Source of the DNA: Octopus bimaculoides
Taxonomy: Eukaryota
NCBI RefSeq assembly: GCF_001194135.2
Contig: NC_068995.1
Coordinates: 27,909,116-27,973,115, forward strand
Direction of reading: 5' to 3'
DNA: 64,000 nucleotides
The position numbers were made by a program, and so were the translations under genes. Positions within the stretch are counted from its first letter, which is position 1. Each line of letters begins with the position of its first letter. Below, one piece after another: positions 1 through 11,580 of the stretch. The notes beneath the pieces were generated by a model, which did no database searches, was not told where the DNA came from, and was given only the letters and a program-made list of their open reading frames with translations.

Positions 1-774
1 TTATGTCGCAATTCATGCATGACCTGAGGATTAAAATGGGAATTCTATTTGAGAGGCAATCTTTTTCCCTTCTTTGTGTTCATGGTGCACACATTTTGCA
101 TGCCAAGTTCTTTTTAAAAGTGTTACATTTTTGCTGTATTTTCTGTGTATATGTTTTCTCTGTATACCCCTATAGCTATTATTATTCAGATTCAATGATC
201 ATTTACAAATAATTTACAATTTTGTATTTCAAATAGCTTTTGGCTATTTTTATCCTTATTGTTTTTCTTTGAGAAGTAAGAAAAACCTTCTGTTTTCCTT
301 GCTCTTTAAGTGGCTTTTTGTCAAGCAATATTCTTAATACAGTTTTATCTATGATTCTTAGTGACACAGGCTTATGGAGCAGAAGAAAATGATTATAGCA
401 CTTATGGAGGAAAAGAAGCTTCCATATCACAGTATCCAACAATTCCTTCAAGCTGTTTCATGACTGGTTTGTATCTGTTTTTCTTTGCTGACCTTTTTTC
501 ATGATGGTGATAATGTTGACAACAACAATTGACATCAAACATCCATCTTCCATGCTGGTGTAGGTCAGAAGCTTTCTGGCAAGTCTTGGGCTGTGCCAAG
601 CTCCAGCGCCAGGTTTGGCATGTTTTCTATGATAGGACACCGTTTCTAATGCCAATTACCTTATAGTTTGTACAGGGTGCTTTTTTTCATGCGCTAGCAC
701 TAATGAGGTTGCCAAGTAATTTGCAAGACAGAAAAAGCCCTAAAGAAGGTACGAAGCCCTCAGAGAGTGGAGTA

Positions 775-1450
775 TTAGGGAGGGTGAGTTGTAGTAACTG
801 GGGAAAAGATGAAGATGGTAGTGAGCAAACTTAAAATACAAGAAGAGGATACAGTCAGTGAATCAGGTGAGAAATGGAGGTAGAGGTGAATGTATTGGGT
901 GATGAGCAAGGGCGGAGGCCATTTGATGGGAAATATCAATATGGAGAGAGCTAAGTTGAGAGAGAAATCTGTAGCTTTAGAAGGAAAATAGGTCTGAAGG
1001 TAAATGAGTGGGAGCAATGGAGAGGGAGGTGTGGAATTATATATGGGTGTCTGATGTGAGTGAGGCATGATGATAGATATGGGAAGATATTGAAAATGAG
1101 AGAAGTTATGAGGAGTATGGCAGAGGAGAGTGATATGTGAAGGCAAGGAAGAAGGTGACTGGTGAGAGTAGTGTGGGAAGGGAAGGGAGGATAATGAGAA
1201 TAAGATAGAAGGTTAGTGGTAGTGCAGAGGATGATGAAGAATAATATAAGCTGAGTCTGCTCTCAAGTGATTTTAGCTGCTGAATATTGCCAAGTGATTT
1301 TAGCTGCTGAGGACTGATGGAGAGCTTGGTGTCAGGGGAATGAGGTGGGGTGGTAGGATGTTTGATGGGTTGCAAGTTTTCACAGAATGTATTTAGGATG
1401 TCATTTTTGCTGTGATATATGAGTTTTCTTGAGCAGATTTCCAATTATCT
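775..1450 (-). mobile_element. Highly degenerate LINE-like fragment (possibly endonuclease region)
   Basis: Purine-rich + strand giving broken, LINE-like pyrimidine-rich reading on the minus strand. Includes a local 20-bp duplication (caagtgattttagctgctga at ~1264 and ~1291). No clean catalytic motif. Confidence 0.3.
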
Positions 1451-2097
1451 TGATCCTTTGTTATTTCCACTGTGAGGCTCAGCATCATGTTGCCGCAACC
1501 CATGCCTTCCTGGGTCTCCCTTTTCCACAAGTTTCATCCACTTAAAACAACCAGCATTTTTTTACACAGCTGTACTCATCCAATGCATTACATGACCAAA
1601 CATTTGCATCACAGAACTCCAGTACCCTTGTACGCTATCCAATTCAAGCTCATGCAATATGTGTTGAATGAATTGAAAACATATGAACAAATTACTCAAA
1701 TACATGTTAGGATAAGACAAACTGAATAGGAAAGAATGTAATTTTCATCTCTTCTTAATTTTGCAGCAGGTATGGTTTTGTTATTCTCATTATACCCACA
1801 GTTTCTTGTTCACTTCCATTATAATTTTTGTATGATAGTGCGGCTACTACTTCAGTCTAAATTCATTGTTCTTCTTACTGTTAAGCTTAATTAAATGATA
1901 TAAATGTTTTCACATTTTGAATATTCCAGTTCAAAAATGCCATGTTTATTAACAGTTCTAAGTAATTCATTGAAATATCCACATTTTTTAAATCCCTCAG
2001 TCCATATTGCAAAAGTAATAAAAATGACAAAAATATAGAAATATTAATATTGTTTCAATAATTTTAGTTCTCAGAGCTTTTTCTCTTTTCTTTTCAG

Positions 2098-2345
2098 GTA
2101 CGCAGACAAGACGCAAAATTTTACGCATATTAGACTCTTTAGATTTCACCCAAGCCTGCCCTCAACGTTGTCCACTTCAATTTTTTGAAGAAAATTTGAT
2201 TGAAGATGTCATAAAATCATGTTGCAAAAGGCCTAAAAATGGACCAGCAATATGTGATGTTAAAGCCTTGCGCCGAGTTCTTATTGGAGAAATTAGCAAC
2301 TTACAGGGCACAACTCTGGCAGGACAAAGGAGTTTAATTTTAAGG
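2098..2345 (+). CDS. NUP205: Nup205 internal exon A
   Basis: ttttcAG acceptor and GTCAGT donor. Phase 1 to 0; translates TQTRRKILRILDSLDFTQACPQ...VKALRRVLIGEISNLQGTTLAGQRSLILR, recognisably similar to vertebrate Nup205 (VRRKILNILDSIDF...VKLLHRVLVAEVNALQG...GQRPLL, recalled from memory). Confidence 0.92.
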
Positions 2346-2652
2346 GTCAGTGTTTGTTGAGTGCTAAATTTTTTAAATCAGCTATAACATTTGTGGTATG
2401 TAGTCTTAGTGAGTATAAATATGTCAGTGATGTTATGAATAAGATGTTAAAATACATCTTTGCAAATACACATACACACAGACATATATATGCATATATA
2501 TATGTATGAATGTTAGTGTGTATTTATGCAGGGAATTTTATGAAATTTTCTATTTTATTTAATGTTCTCAGATTTGCTTGCCAGTTATGTTTGTCAATGT
2601 GTACGTGCACCATTATGTGTCTAAATATATTCATTACACGTTTATTTCTCAG

Positions 2653-2844
2653 GAAGTTGAAATAATCTTGGAACAGGTGGTCTCCAGCAATGCAGTATAT
2701 CAAAGTCTGTACTCCAAGTATGTAGCTTTTGAGGCTTGGCGTCAGGTGACTGAAGTTTTGGTAACTGCTTGTACTCCTGATTTATTGGACAAAGAAAGTC
2801 AACATACTCTTTTGTTTGAATTGTTGCAAGACCTTCTCATTAAG
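2653..2844 (+). CDS. NUP205: Nup205 internal exon B
   Basis: ttctcAG/GTAAAG, 192 nt, phase 0-0. EVEIILEQVV...AFEAWRQVTEVLVTACTPDLL...LLQDLLIK matches the Nup205 ESWRQLVEIILTACPQDL region. Confidence 0.95.
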
Positions 2845-3304
2845 GTAAAGATACTATTGATATGATGTTCATTGTTACCTTACTTGATGCTCTCTATTAT
2901 TGCACTCATTGGTTAGCATTTGGAAGGATATCCAGCCTTAGAAACCATGGAACTCAAGCAGTTCTTCAGCTGGCCAGCTCCTATCAAACTGTCCAACCCA
3001 TGCCAGCATGGAAAACAGACATTAGATGATGACAATTGTCATTATTAACTTTTAAGTCCTATTATTTCTTTCTCTTTCCAACTTTTTTTAAATTTTAGAA
3101 AAAATTGGTAGAAAGTGTTGTGTATCCATTTGTACTCAAAGAAGATTTTTAGTACATTTGCAAATAATATTCCCTGATGCTTAAATTTTATCAATTTCTA
3201 CTTAAGATATACAGATTAAATATTCTTTTGTAACCAACCTGTTGGAAACAGCTTGGAAATTTTCCTGCTTTATGTTACCTACCCACCCATAAGTGCCCAA
3301 GATA

Positions 3305-3730
3305 TGAGGTAGTATCAAAAAATTCCTGGACTACTTCATGAGGTAGTGTACCAAATGATATCGCTGTGTTTACTTCACAAATTGTGAAATTTGTGTTTTT
3401 GCGATCACATGTATGCTGCAGTCTGCAGTTTTATCATGGACAGGATCGAAGCGCTAACGTGAAATTTTGCATTTAACTTGTGAAGTTTGCTACAGAGACA
3501 TTAGGTATTCTTTGGCAAGCTTATGGTGACAAGGCAATGATTTGTACACAATGTTTTGAGTGTCATAGGTGCTTCAAGTGCAGAAAAACATCTCTGGAAG
3601 ACCTGGCATGAGCATCACCCCTGGAAATGTGGTATTATGCATTGAGAATTCATCCCCCAGTGCTAGACCGTCAATTGAGAGTTTTTCTAGGATGTTTTGA
3701 AGTGCTGCAGAAATGCCACACACATTTGCT
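3305..3730 (+). mobile_element. Internally deleted mariner remnant
   Basis: Begins tatgaggtagtatcaaaaaattcctggact, the same TIR family as 20506-21745. Followed by a broken N-terminal transposase (QRANVKFC...ATETL...CFE). Confidence 0.7.
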
Positions 3731-3886
3731 CAGGTTTGAATGTTAGTGTGTATTTATGCAGGGAATTTTATGATAATTTCTGTCATTTTAGTCCTCCAAA
3801 GACAGTATTTTGGTTTTGTTGCACCTCTGCCACTTGGAACTTGGCAACAAAATCACAAGTCGCACTTTGGTGGACCTGATAATAGA

Positions 3887-5130
3887 AATTGTGAAATAAT
3901 GATGTAGAAAAGTATTTGGCCAAAAGTAAACCATTGTACTTAGCCTTTGTCAACCTGGAGAAAGCTTTCAACAAGGTTCCCTGCGCTCTTATCTGGTGGT
4001 CTCTTAGGAAGCTAGGAGTACAGGAATGGCATCTTAAAGCCATACATGCCATGTACAATGATGCTGTCAGTAAGGTGAGAATCAGCCTTGAATGCACCGA
4101 TGACTTTTGTATACAAGTTGGAGTTCACCAGGGATTAGTTGTTAGTCTTCTCTTATTCATCATAATTCTCCAGGCCATAACAGAGGAATTCAAAACTGGA
4201 TGCCCATGGGAATTATTATATGCTGATGATTTTGTTCTTATTGTAGAATCTGAATCAGAATTGAAGTTCCAGGTTTTGCTTCAAAACCTGGAATCAAAGT
4301 GCCGTAAGGTTAACTTAGCAAAGACTAAAGTTGTTGTTAGCAAGAAAGCAGATAAGACTCTCCTTCTGTCAGGTAAATGGCCCTGCTCAAAATGTAGGAA
4401 AGGAGTGGGACATAATTTCATTTACTGCACCAAGTGTAAGCTATGGACACAAGAGATGTAGTGGAATTGCAGGTAGGTTAACAAATAAGGTTGCTTTCGT
4501 GTGTAGCAAAAGCAATAAGTACTGAGGACATGAGGGACTTAGACGCTATCAAATGTCCAAGAGGCTCTCTTGAGATACTGGATAGTTTCTGTTATTTAGT
4601 GACCAAATTAGTTATGGGGGTGGATGCTCTGAAAGTATTGTCTCTAGAATAAGAATAGGATGGAGGAAATTCAGAGAGCTACTACCTCTGTTGGCATCAA
4701 AAGAACTCTCTCTCAGAGTGAAAGGTAGATTGTGTGATGCTTGTGTGAGAATGGCTATACTACATGAGCTCTGAATACAGAAGACATGCATAGACTGGAG
4801 AGGAATGAAGGTAATATACTCCATTAGATTTGCAACATCAGTGTGCATGACCAACAGAGCATAACTGTGTTGAAAGGGATTAAATGTGGTATGTAGGAGA
4901 GGAGAATGCGTTGGTTTGGACATGTGATACATATGAGTAAAAACAGCTGTGTACAGAAGTGCTTATCACTGAAAGTGGATGGTACCTGTGGAAGAGGGGA
5001 CCCAAGAAGACATGGGATGAAGTGGTGAGGACCAATCTTAGGATGTTAGGGCTCAAGGAGGAAATGACAATGGATTGAGATGTTTGACGATATGAAGTTC
5101 TAGAGAAGACCTGCCCACGTCAGCGAGACT
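3887..5130 (+). mobile_element. RTE-clade LINE, 5'-truncated, degenerate RT to 3' end
   Basis: KPLYLAFVNLEKAFNKVP, GVHQG, PWELLYADD, KVNLAKTK, zinc-knuckle-like WPCSKC...C..C, and the C-terminal RW(F)GHV...GRPRKTW. Confidence 0.9.
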
Positions 5131-5329
5131 GAGTGCTAGCAGCATTATGTGCCACCCACATGTAACAACAAACTTTTCACACACCCTATCCCAAGAAACC
5201 AAACTACATCTCTTCTAAACTGCATCATTCTCTTTCTCACATTTGCTCTTCATAAACTATGATTGTCTTCCAATCCCCATCCCTGCCCTCACTGCCCTGC
5301 TCACCCCATTTTTATACCCAGGTTTTCAC

Positions 5330-6015
5330 CAGTCATTGAAGAAGTGCCGCTCCCAAACAGTGGAAGGAACTGTGGTAGAAGGAGACCCAGGAAGACATGG
5401 GATGAGGTGCTGAAGCATCACCTTCGAACGTTGGGCCTCACAGAGGCAATGATGAAAGACTGAAACCCCTGGAGATATGCTGACTGAGAAGACCCAGAAA
5501 ATAAAGTGAGATCACAGCTGTAGCCTACACTAGTTTCGCATAGCCAGCTCACTCAAAAAAGTACCTTTGGATCGTAGGACAACATGCCATGCTTGATGAA
5601 ACCTATTGAGTCAAGTACATCAACGTCAAAATCAAATCGAACCATAATCAATGGAAATTGTAGTTGTGGCTGATGCCTGTGCCACCTAACTGGCTCCCTA
5701 TGCTGGTGGAATGTAAAAAGCACCATCCGTACCTGGCCGATGCCAGCAACACCTTGAGTGACTCTCATGCCAGTGGCACGTAAAAGCACCATACAAATGT
5801 GGTCAATGCCAGCTCCCTCTGGCCCCTGTGCCGGTGGCATATAAAAAGCACCCACTACACTCTCAGAGTGGTTGGTATTAGGAAGGGCATCAAGCTGTAG
5901 AAACATTGCCAGATCAGTTTGGAACCTGGTTCAGCCTCCTGGCTTCCCAGGCCACAGTCAAACTGTTCAACCCATGCCAGCATGGAAAACGGATGTTAAA
6001 CAATGATGATGATGA
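5330..6015 (+). repeat. RTE 3'-end fragment plus RTE-tail/SINE-like repeat ending in (GAT)n
   Basis: GRRRPRKTWDEVLKHHLRTLGL, then gagtggttgg..aggaagggcatc.agctgtagaaac...catggaaaacggatgttaaa..gatgatgat. Other copies at ~2920, 6640, 10610, 16312, 17420, 23545, 26300, 30340 and 58780-59250. Confidence 0.8.
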
Positions 6016-6805
6016 TGGTTGCAATCCCCACTCCTTGCTTGCACCTTCTTGGCAATACCTGACTGCATATATTATGACCTTTATACCAATCTCTTCTTTA
6101 TCCTACCATCTTATATCTGTTCTTACCCTTGTTACTTGTCAGTATACTCTGACACTTCACAATCTCTCTCCTGTTTTCTCTTGCACTTTTGCTGTTTCCT
6201 ACTCTCTCTCTCTCTATCTCTCTTTCCCCTGCTCTTTCTTCTCACTAAGTAACCAAGTATCTACATCAGCACACCTGTTTCTGTCCTCTTTTTGTACTTC
6301 TCTCCCTCCCTCTCTCCCCCTCTTTCACTCCTCTCTTTCCTTCTCTTTCTCACTGGGTAACCATGTACCTCCTCTATAGCAAGACACTTGTTTCTGCCTC
6401 TCTATTCTCTGTCATACTCTAACCTTCACCATCTGACACCAAATCACCTCCTCTAATGTTTGCTCTGTAATAGGAAGACACCTTTTTATGCCTCTGTGTC
6501 TCTTGGTTACACTCTAACCTTTCGTCCTCTGACACAAGTTCCTTCATCAAACGCTCCTGCTCCTCTCATAATTCCTTGTCTTGCAAGTTACTTAGTGACC
6601 CTACTAGCGCTAGTACCATGTAAAAAGCATCCAGTCCACACTGTAAAGTGGTTGGCATTTGGAAAGGCATCCATCTATAAAAATCATGCCAAAACTAACC
6701 TCGCCTGTGCTAGTACCACACAAAAGACCCTGAGTCCATTCTGCAGAGTGGTTGCTGTTAGGAAGGGCATCCAGCTGTAAAAAAACCCTGCCAAAACAGA
6801 CACAG

Positions 6806-7398
6806 AATAGTGACTAGTGATGAGAAATGGGTTCTCTATAAAAGTGTCAAGTGCCGAAGACAGTGGGTAGGGAAAGGAGAAACACTGGCACCCCAGGCTA
6901 AAGAAGGTCTTCACTCACTTAAGGTGTTGTTATCTGTTTGGTGGGATATGAAAGGTTTAGTCCACTTTGAACTTTTAAACCCAAAGCAAACAATAACAAA
7001 GGAGATCTCCTGTGAGCAGCTTCAACAGGCGCTAGAAGGAAAATGACCACCTTTGGTTTCAAGACAAAAGGTGTTCTTCCATCAGCCAAATACAGTGAGG
7101 ATGACATTCCAAAGGCCAGAGCAATTTGAATGGGAAATGATGCCCCACTCACCATATTTGCTGGACATTAACCCCATCTGATTATCATTTATTCCGCAGT
7201 CTTCAAAAAATATAAATTCTGTAGATGAGGTCAGAACAGTAGTAGAGGAGTACTTTTCGTCATGGACAAGTAAATTTTTGAAGAGTCTACTAGATAGATG
7301 GAAGAGCATTGTAGAAAATGAAGGAGTGTATATTTTAGATTAAAAAAGAACTTTGTTTATCTTAATTTTGAAAAGAAAAGAACTATTTTGACCCAATA
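6806..7398 (+). mobile_element. Mariner transposase 3' half (degenerate)
   Basis: VTSDEKWVLY...WVGKGE...LHSLKVLLSVWWDMKGLVHFELL...TIT. Terminal gacccaata resembles the end of the 41463-42489 copy. Confidence 0.85.
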
Positions 7399-7614
7399 CA
7401 TAGTGTTGTCTCTGATTATATAGACCATTTATGCATATTGGTTATATCTAGAGTCCATAATTGCTTGTATATGCAGTCCATAGATGTGTAGAGTAGATGG
7501 GCTTTTTTTTTTAATGAACTAATCAAACAACCAATATCCTGTAGAAAGCATCAATGCCAGGGTTAGGATATCCAGTGTAGTTACACATAAGTTTGTTGTG
7601 TTTCATCTCTTTAA

Positions 7615-9301
7615 CCCTTTAGCATTCAGATTAATCTGTCAAATGTTCACATTTTGAGAGATGTCCACAATATTTGCTTGTAATTTTGTTAATTTTTTAC
7701 ATACAGTTTTCAACTTTTTGTTGGTGTGTGCTTATATACCAGTTTATAGTTATGTAACTTTAGCTGATCTTTCTGATTAAATTTGATTTTTATGGGCAGG
7801 TAAATTTAATTAACAGGTGTAGAAGCAATGACATTATGGATAAACATTAAAATTGAAATTCTTAATGCATCTTACCTGCTTGATTTGTTACTAAAATTAT
7901 CCCAAATGTCAACCACCTGTAATTTTGCTACTTTTCAAGATGAGGTACATTAATTTGAATTAATTAAAATACAGGTATAATCAGTACAAGATTTTATTTC
8001 ATTCAAACATTTTCCTTGAAAATAAACTTCTAAACTATTTTACTAGTCAGTATACCATTGGCTATGTACTCTTATACAATTTAATGAATACATGTACATA
8101 ACACAATGCATCTAATAAAAAAAGCTCATTAATAGGTGAAACAAAGGTGAATACAGGTGTGTAACATACTGAAAATTAATATGTATTTCTCACTTTCACA
8201 TATTATTTGTAATAAAATGAAAGGAATATATGATAGTATTACAATCAAACAACAAAATATAGTTATGCCGTCTTTCTATTGCGAAACTGTCCAAAGCACC
8301 CTCTACACAAGGTCACTTCGCAAAACGAACACATATATGAGGTCCCAACCTGATATCCTTTCACGGATTTTCTTTTTTGCAGCAAACAGTCTGCAAACTT
8401 TTTTCTTCCATTTATTTTTTCCAGTTTATGGAAATCAATATTTTCTGTTTACATCCACCTCCATTGATTTTGCTTTTCTCCCAGTTCTATATGAGAAAAG
8501 CCCTTATGTAACTGAGATACAATGTCAACTCGAATTTTCAAATTATCATAATCCTTTGGTAGCGGAGGTACCCTGTGCCTTATTACATAAACATGAATTA
8601 ACTATAGTTAGACATAATGCTGGAGATATATGGATCACCATACCTTATATCAGGACTGCAGTAGTGTCACAGTCAAGTAAGCTGCTTGATACCAAACATG
8701 ATGTTTATAGCAAAGAAAGCTCGCATTTCCACAATATCAGTTCACTGCCATAGTAGATCAGGTCTTCTATGAATAGAAATTATGCGTTGAACATATTTAT
8801 TTGTTTCCTCCACAACAGTTTGAAAAAAACTTTTCAGTAAATATAAAAATAAATAGCCCAGTGGTTGAGCATCAGGAGGTTGATTGTGTTGTGGACTTGA
8901 CTTTTCTGTGAAATTAGGAATTGTGGTTGGTGTAGTAATCTTCAACCATTTTGCTATAATGTTTTCAATATCATTTTCATCACTTTCTTTATCAAAATCT
9001 TCCTTATCTGATGAAGATTCATAAATATCAATATCAGATTCATCTAAAGACAAATCACTGTTGTTTTTGTTTATATTTTGTACATCATCAAGAGTAAAGT
9101 CATAACTGCTACCAAGAAGTTTCAAAAATTTCAAGGTATTTTTACTTGAATAAAGGCAGGAAAGGCTTTATCTTGCATTATCTCAAAGCTACAAGAATTC
9201 AATAACATGATTTGTTTATTTTTTTAGCGATTTCATAGACGAATCAGATATGGCTGGATAATAAAAGGGAATTGGTTTTGGCTGGTCTGAACACTAAAGA
9301 G
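7615..9301 (-). mobile_element. piggyBac-like element, internally deleted, TTAA target duplication
   Basis: TTAA (7611-14) then ccctttagcattcaga; tctgaacactaaagag then TTAA (9302-05). Minus-strand ORF 8742-9134 has an acidic N-terminus and PLGYLFLYL...FQTVVEETNKYVQ, typical of piggyBac transposases. Confidence 0.8.
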
Positions 9302-9619
9302 TTAAACAGTATACAAGGTCCAAAGGGTATCTCAGTGTGGTTGGTAACTTGTATAAATATGTGTGCCTATTCTTATACACTTATATAGATGTGGAAATAT
9401 CCCTGTACAGAAATTTGTTTAAGTGTGTGTGTGTCTGTATTAACCCACGAAGATGCATCTATAGGCCTATTTAAACATGCCTTTATTTACATATAGATGT
9501 ATACACTGGACTATGTATATCCCTTTTAGAGACTGGTAGCTGGCAATCTAACAAGTACTAATTGATGCATACAAAAGTAGCATGGTGGGACAGTACAGGA
9601 ATTAAAAAATATAAAACCT

Positions 9620-10290
9620 TAGAAAAGCATTTGTTTCTCTTGCACACCACATCTGATGCCTTTCTATCAAAATGCTTATATTCTATCATACATGCACACT
9701 GACACTGAACATCTAGTGAAGCAAGCTAGCTTCATTTCTTTCAAGTCTATGCATGTCCTCAACAGTCACAGCCCATGTTTCTTATTTTTGCAGCTATGCT
9801 CTCAGAGCATCCACCTCCACTACCAACTTGGTCACCTAGATAATGGAAGCTATCAACTACTTCTAGCTTACCCCACTGGCATTTGATGGGGTCTATTTTC
9901 TATACGTTTTTAGTGTTTACTGTACCTGTGCATCTTCCACACAACTATTTACCAAGTTAACCTTCCTCTGATATTGCTGCACCTCTTATGTATCCATAGC
10001 TTGCACTGGGTATATCTTATGGAATTTCTATTTATGCCTTTCCTACAGATCAAGCAGGGCCATCTACCTGAAGGCATTAGTGATTTGTCTGCTTTCCTAC
10101 TTACTAAGTCTTTGGTTTTTGCTAGATTAACTCTAAAACCTTTCGATTCTAGACTTTGCTTCCACACCTGAAACTTCTCTAGTTCTAGTAGTGATTCAGC
10201 TATAAGAACAAGGTCATCAGCATAGAGGATCTCTCAGAGGCAACTTGTCTTAAATTCCTGTTATAGCCTGGAGGATTATGATGAACAGGA
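9620..10290 (-). mobile_element. RTE-clade LINE fragment
   Basis: Minus strand reads LYADD...WKQSLESKGFRVNLAKTK...WPCLICRKG...CKLWIHKRCS. Confidence 0.85.
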
Positions 10291-10842
10291 GGGAGCTGAG
10301 GACTGATCCTTGGTAAACTCCTATTTGAAACTGGCACCCATGCTGGTGGCACATAATAAGCCCCTTTCAAGCATTGGGCTTCACAGGCAATGTGGCTGAT
10401 GCCAGTGTCTCGTAACTAACACCCATGTTGATGGTACATGAGAAGCACCTTTCAAGTGTTGGGCCTTACAGAGGCAATGACAAATGACCAAGACCTTTGG
10501 CAATATTCTGTGCTTGAGAAGACCCTTCAAGCTAAGCGAAACTGTAGTTGTGGAAGATACTGGTGTCATGCAAATGGCACCCGTGTCAGTGGCACATAAT
10601 ACCACCCATTACACTCAGAGTAGTTGGCGTTAGGAAGGGCATCCAGCTGCAGAAACTATGCGAAGTCAGACGGGAATCTGTACAGCCCCTCAGAGTGTCA
10701 GCCCTGCTCAAACCATCCAATTGATGCCAGCATGGACAGCGGATGTTAGCCTGACATATGGCAAGGTAGACTTTAAAAACATGATTATATATATATATAT
10801 ATATATTATATTATATATATATATATTATATTATATATATAT

Positions 10843-11418
10843 NNNNNNNNNNNNNNNNNNNNNNNNNNNNNNNNNNNNNNNNNNNNNNNNNNNNNNNNNN
10901 NNNNNNNNNNNNNNNNNNNNNNNNNNNNNNNNNNNNNNNNNNNNNNNNNNNNNNNNNNNNNNNNNNNNNNNNNNNNNNNNNNNNNNNNNNNNNNNNNNNN
11001 NNNNNNNNNNNNNNNNNNNNNNNNNNNNNNNNNNNNNNNNNNNNNNNNNNNNNNNNNNNNNNNNNNNNNNNNNNNNNNNNNNNNNNNNNNNNNNNNNNNN
11101 NNNNNNNNNNNNNNNNNNNNNNNNNNNNNNNNNNNNNNNNNNNNNNNNNNNNNNNNNNNNNNNNNNNNNNNNNNNNNNNNNNNNNNNNNNNNNNNNNNNN
11201 NNNNNNNNNNNNNNNNNNNNNNNNNNNNNNNNNNNNNNNNNNNNNNNNNNNNNNNNNNNNNNNNNNNNNNNNNNNNNNNNNNNNNNNNNNNNNNNNNNNN
11301 NNNNNNNNNNNNNNNNNNNNNNNNNNNNNNNNNNNNNNNNNNNNNNNNNNNNNNNNNNNNNNNNNNNNNNNNNNNNNNNNNNNNNNNNNNNNNNNNNNNN
11401 NNNNNNNNNNNNNNNNNN
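10843..11418. other. Assembly gap (others at 12276-12441, 17707-18220, 27822-28281, 31991-32000, 40697-41462, 63835-63859)
   Basis: Runs of N, several adjoining (TA)n or (CT)n microsatellites. Confidence 1.
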
Positions 11419-11580
11419 TATCATGCGAGAGAGTTAGGGGTTGAGGATTCAACCCACTAAGGGATAGTATCTATCCAATATACCGCTGGGAGGGTACCCA
11501 ATTATTGCTACACTAGTGTTATACCAAGTGCAATAAATGGGAGCGGGTAAAAAGGGGGGTTTTTACCCCAAATTTGTATA

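Noticed and set aside
203-655. Overlapping minus-strand ORFs, possibly a decayed transposase
   Set aside because: No motif I can assign with confidence.
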